From contig OY759353.1 of NCBI GenBank assembly GCA_963662315.1, positions 1 through 64,000 on the forward strand: 64,000 nt of DNA, given 5' to 3'. Made by a program: the position numbers and the translations under genes. The DNA is from Geopsychrobacteraceae bacterium. GTDB lineage: Bacteria; Desulfobacterota; Desulfuromonadia; Desulfuromonadales; Geopsychrobacteraceae. Shown here in pieces: positions 42,535 to 51,875 of the stretch (position 1 is the stretch's first letter; each line of letters opens with the position of its first letter). Below the pieces are notes generated by a model that did not search any database, was not told where the DNA came from, and saw only the letters and a list, made by a program, of their open reading frames with translations.

Positions 42535-43071
42535 CTATTGTCTAGAAGAATGCTGCAAGCGTTTGCCGCGCTGTTGGTCGTAGGCTTTACTGAAGCCAGC
42601 GACAACGAGTTGTTGATGGCGCAGATAGTCATTGGTCAGGAAAGCGCAAAGACGCTTCTTGAAGGTACGCCAGATAAATATTGGGCGGCCAAACAGTTTG
42701 GAGCAATGGGAACGGGTTGTCAGTGGACTGAGCTGTTCGAGGGTCTCGGCAGCTATACCATCAAGAGCTGCACACAGAGCCAGATTGTGCTCAATAATGT
42801 CACTGAGCAAGGCACTGAGGTGGGTTGCACCATGCTGATCATCACGCAGCCAGTTTTTAATGACTTGTCTGGTGTCGTTATTGCGAAGGACCTCCGCAGA
42901 GTGGCGAAAGACACGGTTAAAAGGCAAGCCAAACTCGTTGGCAAAGCTTTTTTGTCCGTCAACGAGTTTAATTAAACCGTTGACAATAACGCGTGACGAA
43001 GCCCTGCGTTTACCAGATATGGACTCTGTGGGTATTGTTTTGCAAACAGAATTGGATAATGAAGCGACCAT
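42535..43071 (-). CDS. TagH/Fha C-terminal-domain-like protein lacking an FHA domain
   Basis: HNLALCAAL....LEQLSP, FIWRTF, GFSKAYDQQ resemble the TagH C-terminus; first gene of cluster; G-rich RBS before ATG 43071. Confidence 0.55.
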   Translation of the reverse strand: MVASLSNSVCKTIPTESISGKRRASSRVIVNGLIKLVDGQKSFANEFGLPFNRVFRHSAEVLRNNDTRQVIKNWLRDDQHGATHLSALLSDIIEHNLALCAALDGIAAETLEQLSPLTTRSHCSKLFGRPIFIWRTFKKRLCAFLTNDYLRHQQLVVAGFSKAYDQQRGKRLQHSSRQ

Positions 43072-43104
43072 GGTATCCCCCCCGAATACCAAAAACGACA
43101 ACAA

Positions 43105-43500
43105 ATGAGGCGACCATATACAGGTACGCCAGCTATGTAGTAATTTTCAATGGTGTAGTGTTGTTACTTTAATAAATATAAGTTATTGACTTTGCAGAAA
43201 GTATCTTGAAGATTAAGTAGCAGGAAACTTCCTTATTGCAGTTGGCCTATATGTATTGAATATTTTGTCGGCCAGTGTCAAGTTAAAAAAATGAAAAAAA
43301 TAATTGCTATCAGTGGTAAAACTGATGCATAAAATATGGTATCTGCAGAGTCGTAGACAACAGAAAAATAAATAAAAATATTTTATAAGGGAAAATTCAT
43401 AATGAGCCTTCCTTTATTGTTTTAGTCTAATTATTTTCTGCATTATTTTCACTTTTCAACGTTTGATTTATTTACCAGTTTTTCACAAGGAGGGGGACCC
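43105..43500. promoter_or_regulatory. AT-rich divergent intergenic region between T6SS core operon and vgrG2 operon
   Basis: ~400 bp, ORF-free, strongly AT-rich; individual promoter boxes not resolved. Confidence 0.6.
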
Positions 43501-45864
43501 TTGTCAATATCTGCTGCTCAGTCACGCCTGACCGTCCGGGTCGGTGGTGCTGATTATGCCGTCGTATCTGTGACCGGGCAGGAAGCCTTTAACCGCCCGT
43601 TTTCTTTTGCCCTTGAACTCGTCGTGCCCGGTTATCAGTCGCTCACCAACCAGTTGGGCAGCGGCGTTCGCCTGTCGATGTTGGCGACCAGCGGTCAGCA
43701 GCGCACCGTCTTCGGTCTGGTCACTCAGGTTGCTCATGTTATGGGCCTGCCCGATCAGCGGCAGCTGTGGCGTCTTGAAGTCAGTTCACATCTGTACCGT
43801 TTGCAGCAGGTGAGCGATACCCGTCTGCTGCTCGATCACAGCCTGCCTGAGATTATTCAACGGCTGTGCAACCGCCATGGGCTTGATGACAATGCCCTGT
43901 TCTGTGACTGGGGACAGAGTTACCCGGCCCGGCCGACCACCCTGCAGGCTGGCGAAAGCGACTTTGATTTTCTCGCCCGCTTATGCAGTCGGCACGGCAT
44001 CCTGTTCTGGTCAGCGGCCAGTGACGAACAGGAAGTGCTCCATTTTGCCGACACGGCCAGCCATTGCCGACCGCTGGCGCGTCCGGCGCTTGAGTATCGG
44101 GCCAATGCCGGGCTGGACCATGATGCCACTGACAACGATGTGCTGACCATGGAACTGGGGGCGCAGCTGGTCAGTGACTGCTATCTGGTCCACGACGTCG
44201 CTGAATCAGCACCGGGACAGGCCCTGCTCAGCGAGCGCCAGCTGCCAGGCGCTGGCAAATCCGCTTATGGGACCACCTTGGTCCGCACTGGGCGCGGTGT
44301 GACCAGTACCGATGAAGCCAGTGCGGCGACCGAGTTGTTGGCCCATATCGGGGCAGCGCAACAGCAGAAACTGACCATCACCAGCCATGCCGTCGATCTG
44401 CGTGTCGGGCGCATCGTGCGCATTGACGCGGACCGTTTTGGCAGCGGCATCAGTGGCGATTACCTGATCACCGGAATGACCCATAAACTCCATCAATATG
44501 CCGGCCTCGGCCTGGGTGGCGACAGTGATTGCCCCTACAGCAACGCGGTGGTTTTGGTGCCGCGCGAAACACCTTACCGGGTGCCTGAAAGCAAACGCCC
44601 CAAAGTGCCCCTGGCGGTAACCGCACGCATAGAAAGCAAAGACCCAACAGCCCAACTGGACAGCGCCGGACGGACCCGTTACCGTCAGCATAACGACAGC
44701 CTGACAAAACCCTTCGCCCAGAACAGCATCTTCACGCGGCGCCTGCAACCCTATGGCGGCACCGGAAACGGCCATCAGCCCGGCTTCCACACCCCGCTGC
44801 AGGATGGTGCTGAAATTCTGGTCAGTTGCCTGAACGGCGATCCCGACCGCCCGGTTATTATCGGCAGCCTGCCCAACCCGGAAACCCCGTCCCCGGTCAG
44901 CGCCAGCAATGCCGCCCAGAATCGTCTGCGCAGCGCCAATGATCAGGAACTCTTGCTCGATGATACCATCGACGCACCCATCATCACCTTGCGCACCTTC
45001 GCCGGTCACAATATGCTGCACCTCAACGCCAGCAAGGCCGAACACCTGATCCGCCTGGCTACAGAGCAGGGCCTGGCTGCGTTCTACGCCAAACAGACCC
45101 TGAACACCACCAGTGGTGATACCCTGACCGAAACCGTCGGCAATAACCGCATCCAGGTGGTGGAAGACCGTCACCAGACCATCACCAACAGTGCCGAAAT
45201 CCACCACCAGTCGGCTACCGACGTGCTGCTGCGCGGTGCCAACAATATCCAGCTTGAGGCGGGTGAAAATACCGAGTTTGAAGCCGGTAACGATATGCGT
45301 ATCGATATCCGCGAAGCCATGAACATCAAGGTAGATGGCAGCTCCGCGGCTATCAATATCAACAGCGGCAGCATGATCCTCGATACCAGCGGCGCCATCA
45401 AAATACAAGGTGACGGTGGAGGTGATATCTGCATCGGCCAGGCCGGTGGAGGCATCAAAATGGACCCATCCGGCAACATCACCCTGTTCGGCACCAACGT
45501 CAACTTTGCCGGAACCGTCAGCATGAGCGGCACGATCAACATGGACGTCACCAGCCCGCCGAGTGTCAGCTTGGCCAGTGGTGTGGCGGCGACGGCGGCC
45601 ATTGGGATAACGGAATTAATAGACCAGGCGACCACAAGGCAAGTTGATGAACCTTTCGATCTGACCATAAATATTACTGACAACTACATGAATCAACTAC
45701 CCGGCCACTTTGAAGAACTCAAAGGTCTTCGCTGGGAATTCACCAGTGACTGTGGTGATGAGCGTAGTGGCGTGATTGATAGTCACACCGTTGTGGTCAA
45801 AGGCGTCAGAATCCGCGAATATTATGAATTCGGCATTGAGAACATGCCGATTCATCTTGATTAG
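43501..45864 (+). CDS. vgrG: Second VgrG with ~90-aa C-terminal extension (vgrG2)
   Basis: LQAGESDFDFLARL, GFHTPLQDGAEI, NGDPDRPVIIG; TTG start behind AAGGAGG. Confidence 0.93.
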   Translation: MSISAAQSRLTVRVGGADYAVVSVTGQEAFNRPFSFALELVVPGYQSLTNQLGSGVRLSMLATSGQQRTVFGLVTQVAHVMGLPDQRQLWRLEVSSHLYRLQQVSDTRLLLDHSLPEIIQRLCNRHGLDDNALFCDWGQSYPARPTTLQAGESDFDFLARLCSRHGILFWSAASDEQEVLHFADTASHCRPLARPALEYRANAGLDHDATDNDVLTMELGAQLVSDCYLVHDVAESAPGQALLSERQLPGAGKSAYGTTLVRTGRGVTSTDEASAATELLAHIGAAQQQKLTITSHAVDLRVGRIVRIDADRFGSGISGDYLITGMTHKLHQYAGLGLGGDSDCPYSNAVVLVPRETPYRVPESKRPKVPLAVTARIESKDPTAQLDSAGRTRYRQHNDSLTKPFAQNSIFTRRLQPYGGTGNGHQPGFHTPLQDGAEILVSCLNGDPDRPVIIGSLPNPETPSPVSASNAAQNRLRSANDQELLLDDTIDAPIITLRTFAGHNMLHLNASKAEHLIRLATEQGLAAFYAKQTLNTTSGDTLTETVGNNRIQVVEDRHQTITNSAEIHHQSATDVLLRGANNIQLEAGENTEFEAGNDMRIDIREAMNIKVDGSSAAININSGSMILDTSGAIKIQGDGGGDICIGQAGGGIKMDPSGNITLFGTNVNFAGTVSMSGTINMDVTSPPSVSLASGVAATAAIGITELIDQATTRQVDEPFDLTINITDNYMNQLPGHFEELKGLRWEFTSDCGDERSGVIDSHTVVVKGVRIREYYEFGIENMPIHLD

Positions 45865-45878
45865 AATAGAGCCGTATC

Positions 45879-48710
45879 ATGGAACCGAATCAATCTGAGA
45901 ATCCAGCTATTCAGAAAATCAAACAAAAATTTACTGCCGGGAAAATCACTGTAGGCTGCCAGCTAAAAATGATACCGGCAGTGATCCTGCATCCATCCTT
46001 GGGGGCACCGCTGGTCGTCGAGCCAGGCAAACCGGTCAGCCTGTTTATCGTGACCGATCAAACCTTCAAAAAGGAATTCATGAATGGCAATGGCCAGGAT
46101 GATCACAAACTGGCCAAAGGGGGCAGCAATATTGCCGACCTGATTATGCAGCATCTGAAAATTTTGCTCTGGGATCAGGCCAATACGCTAAAAAAGAACC
46201 TGGAACAAGCCGACGAGGTCTCGCTGAAGAAGATAGTCACTAAGGAACACATCAGCGTTACTTATCTGGGCGAATTGGACGAGCGTCTGGAAAATGCCGA
46301 AGGTCAGCATTTTGCCAATCTGCGCGATAGCCTAAAAAACGATTTCGTCGGTTACAATGAAGGTGGTGAGCGTCACGGCTTCTGGCACAGGTTTTTCTTC
46401 AACGATGGCATCAGGCATCTTTTTCAGATCGACCTTGATCAGGCCACGTTAACCGCAGGAAAGATGTACGATTGTTTCTGGCTGCTGACTAATCTGGAGC
46501 CAAAGGAAGGGGATTCCCAGGAAAAGTATCTCGATATTCAGGATCGTTTGACCCGTGACTATTTCCAATCCCGCTACTATGAGTACTGTGAAGAAAAAGC
46601 GCCACTACATGCGTTCAAGGTGACGGAGGAGGGCGTTGATTTTACCGCGTTTGATCCGGATACGCCAATCCAGACCCGGCATCCGGTATATGTGCTGCCC
46701 GCAGACAAGAGAAAACTGAACCTCGGACATCTGAGCGATATTCATGTCTCGGCAAAACAGCATCTGTACAAAGGGAAAAAAGCCACCGTCATCCCCGGTA
46801 CGGACAGCAATGTGTCTCCACTCATTGGAACATTGGTCAATAATAATATCGACAACCTGTTCAACCTGCTTGAGCAGTTTGGTCAAGGCGAAAATGAAGT
46901 CGATGCCGTCGTCATCACCGGTGATCTCTACGACCACATGCATAACTTTGATCCGGCTAAACTTGCAAACAACGCCACCACAGGACAGTTATGGGAAACC
47001 CTTTATGTTGACAGCATCAAAGAGGTCAAGGCCCAAAATGGCAGAATCCCCTGCGGTATTGACGGCCTCGCGGTTTACAGTATCATTTGTCACTTTTATA
47101 AGACCTACGGAAAACCAATTTTTATTGTTACTGGTAACCATGAGGCTTACGAATATCCTTATGGCATTTCGCCACGTGTGGGTTCTTTCCGGCCTAATGA
47201 CGGAATCCCCCTCGACCACAACCTGACCTTTTACGAAGCGATCCTCATGTATGGTCCCGCTTATAAGATTCTGGTTCCCGGCGTTGTGAACAGTGCAGCA
47301 TCGGAACTGACCAATACCTATATCGGCCAGGCCAACTTTAATGCCAAAAATTTCGACTGGTTCTACAACGTCTTTACGCCGCTAACCGACTATGCGATGC
47401 GCTTTGCTGACCAGTGTCTCATCGGCTTGGGCTGGGGGGATGGGGAAAAACTGGTCAACATCACGGTCCTGCCGGCTAGTAACGGTGGTACATTGCCGAG
47501 AGCGACGGAGAGTGTCAACGATGACCAAATTCGGATGAAAGAGTCTTTCATCAACAAGGACAGTCTGGACAGTAAGGAAGAAACCCGAATTCTGTTGAGC
47601 CACTTCACGCAGGCCAATTACGCCCTGGAATGCCCACTGGCCGAACAGGGCGAGATCAACGGCAACGATTTCTTCGAAACCTATTCATCCTACGATCATG
47701 GCTCGGTTCGCGATGGCCGGGCAACGCTGTACGGCGAATGGATCGGTGAAAATCATTTCGATTACACCCTGTCCGGCCATTCCCACCGGGTAGGTTTGTA
47801 CCGCTGCGACAGCTACGAATCGAATATAATAGGACGCAAGACCCTGAAAATTACAGCTGAATATCCTGACCAAAGAACCTCATTGACGAGTGGTAATTGG
47901 GCAGGCAAAACCAAGCTGCTGGTTTCGGCCAGTACTGGGCCGGTTCCCAAGCAGAACCATACCGGGGAAATGAGTTGCCAAGGGATGGAAACCCCGTCGG
48001 GCAGTCGAATCATCCTAAATGGCAATGAGACCATTGAGGTTATTACCAGTAAACGGGATTCAGCGAAGCCCCGCTTTTGTGTTGCCTGTGACTATATTGA
48101 CATTATGGGTGGCGGATTCTGGGAGTATTTCCGCGCTGTTGGCTCTGATGGAACCTTTGAGATGAAACCCTACTGGGAGAAAATTCATCCGGATTTAAGC
48201 GATGCTGCCAAAGAGGCACTGATTGAAAGCATCTCCCTGTATTCAGTCGGTGATTTTGGTGCAAAACCTCCAGATCAATCAAAAGCAACATTGCATGGAA
48301 AATCCCTGCGATTTAAATTTTCAAATACCCTGGCCGACAAAATGAAACCGAATAAAAGTTCATCTACTTCCATAACCTTTGTTTCCATTAAGTTTAATGG
48401 GGGAATAATCAGTTCATTGGCGGGATTCAAAAATTATGATTTTGACTCTTCCTGGAATATACAGGTAGAACTGTACAATAAAGTCTATGAAGATGGCATG
48501 AAAAAAATCGCGTTGAGAACAGGTTTAGATTATGAGTATTTGCATACAGACTCTGAAATTGAGAAGCTGATCAAGAGAAGAGACTCTAATAAGTTGGAAG
48601 ATTTTTCAATTAGGAGACATATGAAAGACGGTGAAATACCAAGCTTTGACTGGAGAGCCGAAACAAATTATTCAGAATATGGATATAAACTTAAGAAAAT
48701 GAAAAAATGA
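45879..48710 (+). CDS. Large calcineurin-like metallophosphoesterase; candidate T6SS cargo effector
   Basis: Five metal-binding motifs in order: SDIH, TGDLYD, TGNHE, LSH, SGHSH; no signal peptide; 14 bp after vgrG2. Confidence 0.85.
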   Translation: MEPNQSENPAIQKIKQKFTAGKITVGCQLKMIPAVILHPSLGAPLVVEPGKPVSLFIVTDQTFKKEFMNGNGQDDHKLAKGGSNIADLIMQHLKILLWDQANTLKKNLEQADEVSLKKIVTKEHISVTYLGELDERLENAEGQHFANLRDSLKNDFVGYNEGGERHGFWHRFFFNDGIRHLFQIDLDQATLTAGKMYDCFWLLTNLEPKEGDSQEKYLDIQDRLTRDYFQSRYYEYCEEKAPLHAFKVTEEGVDFTAFDPDTPIQTRHPVYVLPADKRKLNLGHLSDIHVSAKQHLYKGKKATVIPGTDSNVSPLIGTLVNNNIDNLFNLLEQFGQGENEVDAVVITGDLYDHMHNFDPAKLANNATTGQLWETLYVDSIKEVKAQNGRIPCGIDGLAVYSIICHFYKTYGKPIFIVTGNHEAYEYPYGISPRVGSFRPNDGIPLDHNLTFYEAILMYGPAYKILVPGVVNSAASELTNTYIGQANFNAKNFDWFYNVFTPLTDYAMRFADQCLIGLGWGDGEKLVNITVLPASNGGTLPRATESVNDDQIRMKESFINKDSLDSKEETRILLSHFTQANYALECPLAEQGEINGNDFFETYSSYDHGSVRDGRATLYGEWIGENHFDYTLSGHSHRVGLYRCDSYESNIIGRKTLKITAEYPDQRTSLTSGNWAGKTKLLVSASTGPVPKQNHTGEMSCQGMETPSGSRIILNGNETIEVITSKRDSAKPRFCVACDYIDIMGGGFWEYFRAVGSDGTFEMKPYWEKIHPDLSDAAKEALIESISLYSVGDFGAKPPDQSKATLHGKSLRFKFSNTLADKMKPNKSSSTSITFVSIKFNGGIISSLAGFKNYDFDSSWNIQVELYNKVYEDGMKKIALRTGLDYEYLHTDSEIEKLIKRRDSNKLEDFSIRRHMKDGEIPSFDWRAETNYSEYGYKLKKMKK

Positions 48711-49858
48711 ATTTATATAAACAATATTTCTTTATATCAACCATATTAATATTCATTTTAACTTTTAATGTCTCAGGATATGCGATGACAATATTCAAGA
48801 ATGACTTTGAAAAAAAATGGGAAGAGCTGTCAAATAATATTGAAAAACTCAACGAGTACGCAAAGAATACTTCCGTTGAGTTGCGTAATTTAAAGGTTGA
48901 AGACAAAATACTTGATGGTGCAATTTTTACAGACGCCACATTCGATGGGGTTGAATGGCAAAATACAAGCCTCGAAGAAACCTATTTCACAAAAACAATC
49001 TTTAAAAACTGCAAATTTATCAACACAAAAAACTGGAACAGTACTTTGACAGATGTTTTGTTTGAAAACTGCACATTTTATGGTGTGGAGTTCGGTGGTA
49101 GTGCGATGGTTAACGTACGTTTCAAGAGGTGTAAATTTGCAGATACTCGATTAAAAGAATTGACAGGAAACGAACTTGTTGTGGAGGAGAGTATGCTTGA
49201 AGAAAAAACTTCGTTAGCCTGGTCAAGCATTCCAATGTTGTTTCGGAAATGTACACTTGATGGCGTTGGTTTGTCTGGAATGAAGCAACCTAATAGCATG
49301 ACTATTGAAGATAGTGTTTTAGATGAAGTTGATTTCAGCAGAGGCCTTTTTTCTTCTATAACCTTCCGTCGCGTCAAGCAGGGTGAAGGACCCATCAGGT
49401 TTAATTCGATAACTGCTGATACGCTTGAATTTGATGATGTTGATCTGACCAGAGGGGTCGGAATCGCCTACAGCAAAGTCAAATTGGTGAAGATCGTTAA
49501 CGGTCGTTTTGGAGCAGCATTTGAAGGGTCGACCATCGCAAAGGTTGTTGCCCGGGACGTGTACCTGGTCAATATCGACTTCAGTGAAGCCGTTATGCCT
49601 TCTGTCAGTATGAACCACTGTGAACTGCTCGATCTGGCACTGTGGGATTCAACGATTATCGAATTTTCCATTATGGATTCGTCGATCAACATCGCCAACG
49701 GCAAAAACTTCAAAGGCGACACAGTTGTCTGGGACAGCGTCACCCTGGATGGCAAAATCGATTTTTCCAACGCCAAAATTGAAGACTTCCGTCCTACCCG
49801 GTTGAAACGTGGACCAAAACTGAATTTGATCACGACTGGGTCGAACCTGAAGTTCTGA
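48707..49858 (+). CDS. Pentapeptide-repeat-like protein with N-terminal signal peptide; candidate immunity protein
   Basis: 5-residue periodicity (AIFTD ATFDG VEWQN TSLEE TYFTK TIFKN CKFIN); hydrophobic N-terminus ending VSGYA; ATGA overlap with effector stop. Confidence 0.8.
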   Translation: MNLYKQYFFISTILIFILTFNVSGYAMTIFKNDFEKKWEELSNNIEKLNEYAKNTSVELRNLKVEDKILDGAIFTDATFDGVEWQNTSLEETYFTKTIFKNCKFINTKNWNSTLTDVLFENCTFYGVEFGGSAMVNVRFKRCKFADTRLKELTGNELVVEESMLEEKTSLAWSSIPMLFRKCTLDGVGLSGMKQPNSMTIEDSVLDEVDFSRGLFSSITFRRVKQGEGPIRFNSITADTLEFDDVDLTRGVGIAYSKVKLVKIVNGRFGAAFEGSTIAKVVARDVYLVNIDFSEAVMPSVSMNHCELLDLALWDSTIIEFSIMDSSINIANGKNFKGDTVVWDSVTLDGKIDFSNAKIEDFRPTRLKRGPKLNLITTGSNLKF

Positions 49859-50168
49859 TGAGAGCTCGATGCATTTGCATAGTTTTCGTTGTTTTGCTAA
49901 TGCCCGTGGAGTGTTTTGCAATGTCTTCGGATGTCGGTGATTTTCAGACTGGCTGGTCTGAATTAATAAAAGATGTAGATAAAATCAATGAATACACTGC
50001 AATGCATCCAAATGTAAAATTGGAAAGTATTAAAATAGAAAATTTAGATATTGATGGTGTTATTTTTAATGGGGCATTTTTTGAAGGGGTAATATTTAAT
50101 AATGTTTCTTCAAATAAATCAGACTATAGAGATGTAGAATTTAGAAATTGTAAATTTATTAATTTCAA

Positions 50169-51866
50169 CCTGAATCCGTGAGGTAGCCAGTCGGCACTTT
50201 CACGCTTTGCCTGCGAACCCATTTTCGCAGTCAATTTTGATTCAAAGCTGACCTGATCTACTCCGATGAGCACAGGTAGCTACGTTCTTTGACAATTCAG
50301 CTGATTATTTTTTCGTTCGTCTTGCTCCTTTGTAAATTGAGGACGTGCGTGACTGTGCACGTCCTTGGCCGCGGTATTTTTCAGCACTGTACTGATGCGT
50401 TTCGACATTAGTCATAGGCAAAATGCTCATAGGTCTTGATGAAAGCCTGTGCCTGCCTGATCGCATGGCAACTGAATCGCAGCATCAAGCCATGGGCGTG
50501 ACGAAGAAATCGGGCAGCGAAGTACATCAAATCCTGCAGTACGGTTTTGAGGCGCCGACGCTGTTTGGCTCGACGGGCCTGTTTTTTGTCCATCAGACCG
50601 ACCTGGCCGATGGCCCGCAACAGATTGTACGCCAGCCCGGCACAGCTCATCACCAGAGCGTTGGTCGCAAGCTTGCCCGATGGCAGCCGCTCCAGATCCA
50701 GGTCGGTCTTGAGTTCGGAATGATACTGCTCGCACAGGGCATGCCCCTTGTAGAGTTCGATGATCGTCTCCTTGTTGCTGGAGAGACTGGTCCACCAGCC
50801 TTCAATCTCGATATCGGGAACCAGAAGTGGACCGTTTCGATCAAACCAGCGCTCAGAGGCACGCAGAACACGACGTACCTTGATGGTTTTGTCTTTGCCC
50901 TCGCCATCGTTGTAGGTTCGTTCAACCGTTTCCGTCATGATGGCGATCCGTTCGTCCTTGGTGTCTTTCACCAGCTTGCCGTGGGCAAAGATTTCCGTGG
51001 CTTTGATCGGAACATCGGTGTTGCGCGGATTCCATTTGATGATGAAGTCGGCCTTCTGCTCTTTCAGGGCGATCAATGTCGCCAGGGCATCATGGGCGCT
51101 GTCCAGTCGCACCAGCAGTGGGGCGTCGGTTAGCTGATGGGCTTTGTGCAAGGCCCGTAACAGCAGAGGGATAAATCCTTCCTGAGCATGCTGGGAACCG
51201 GGACGCTGTTCGATCTCCAAACACCAGCCTTCCAGTCCCAGCCAGACACCAAGAGGGGCGTAACCGTTAAAGCCTCGATACGTGTAGGAGACACCCTCTT
51301 TCTTGGTGTCCGAGTTGTCGAGAGTGAAAACATCCAGATCAAGAGGCATATGCCCAGTGGACAATGGCGAGAGTTGTGCCTTGGCTTTCTTGAGAAACTC
51401 CACCGAACAGAAGTCGACGATGATCCGCAAGACCTCGGCGAACTGATCGAGACGCTGCCGCAATGTTTCCTGTGAGGGCGTTTTGGTTAGCCCCAACGAG
51501 GTCCGAAAAAACTCATCGTCCTCAAAAAAAGGATGGATAGCGGCAAAATCGCTTTTACCCTGACAGAGCAGACCCAGATAGCTGCGCAGGACATCGGACG
51601 TGGCGATTCCCCGTTTGGGAGCCGCTTTATCGACCCGCGAAGCCAGCGAGGTATAGCGATTCAATGCCACACCGACCAGAGCCAGGCCAGACTGAGAGGT
51701 GTAAAATTCCTGCTTTGACTGCTCAAGCTTGAACCGGGGAAATGTCACAACCAAAACTCCTTGGGTGAAATTCGATGCGATTCAAGAATAGCAGAAAAGC
51801 ACTGTAAAATCAGCTGATTGTCAAAGATCGAAAACAGTTTTAAGTTTGTTACCTCACGGATTCAGG
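50169..51866 (-). mobile_element. IS1380-family insertion sequence, copy A
   Basis: Terminal IRs CCTGAATCCGTGAGGTA / TACCTCACGGATTCAGG; 4-bp target duplication TCAA (50165-50168, 51867-51870). Confidence 0.93.
50408..51754 (-). CDS. IS1380-family DDE transposase (copy A)
   Basis: TSQSGL, PSQETLRQRL, LDLD, RLDSAH, EQYHSELKTDLDLERLPSGK, AYNLLR. Confidence 0.93.
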   Translation of the reverse strand: MVVTFPRFKLEQSKQEFYTSQSGLALVGVALNRYTSLASRVDKAAPKRGIATSDVLRSYLGLLCQGKSDFAAIHPFFEDDEFFRTSLGLTKTPSQETLRQRLDQFAEVLRIIVDFCSVEFLKKAKAQLSPLSTGHMPLDLDVFTLDNSDTKKEGVSYTYRGFNGYAPLGVWLGLEGWCLEIEQRPGSQHAQEGFIPLLLRALHKAHQLTDAPLLVRLDSAHDALATLIALKEQKADFIIKWNPRNTDVPIKATEIFAHGKLVKDTKDERIAIMTETVERTYNDGEGKDKTIKVRRVLRASERWFDRNGPLLVPDIEIEGWWTSLSSNKETIIELYKGHALCEQYHSELKTDLDLERLPSGKLATNALVMSCAGLAYNLLRAIGQVGLMDKKQARRAKQRRRLKTVLQDLMYFAARFLRHAHGLMLRFSCHAIRQAQAFIKTYEHFAYD

Positions 51867-51875
51867 TCAATGAAA

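Noticed and set aside
43105..43500. Sigma-54 promoter for the T6SS
   Set aside because: No TGGCAC-N5-TTGC match with correct spacing seen on either strand
44206..45408. 400-aa minus-strand ORF and similar long antisense ORFs over tssF, tssC, tssH and the HD-GYP gene
   Set aside because: Codon-bias shadows of confidently identified genes on the opposite strand
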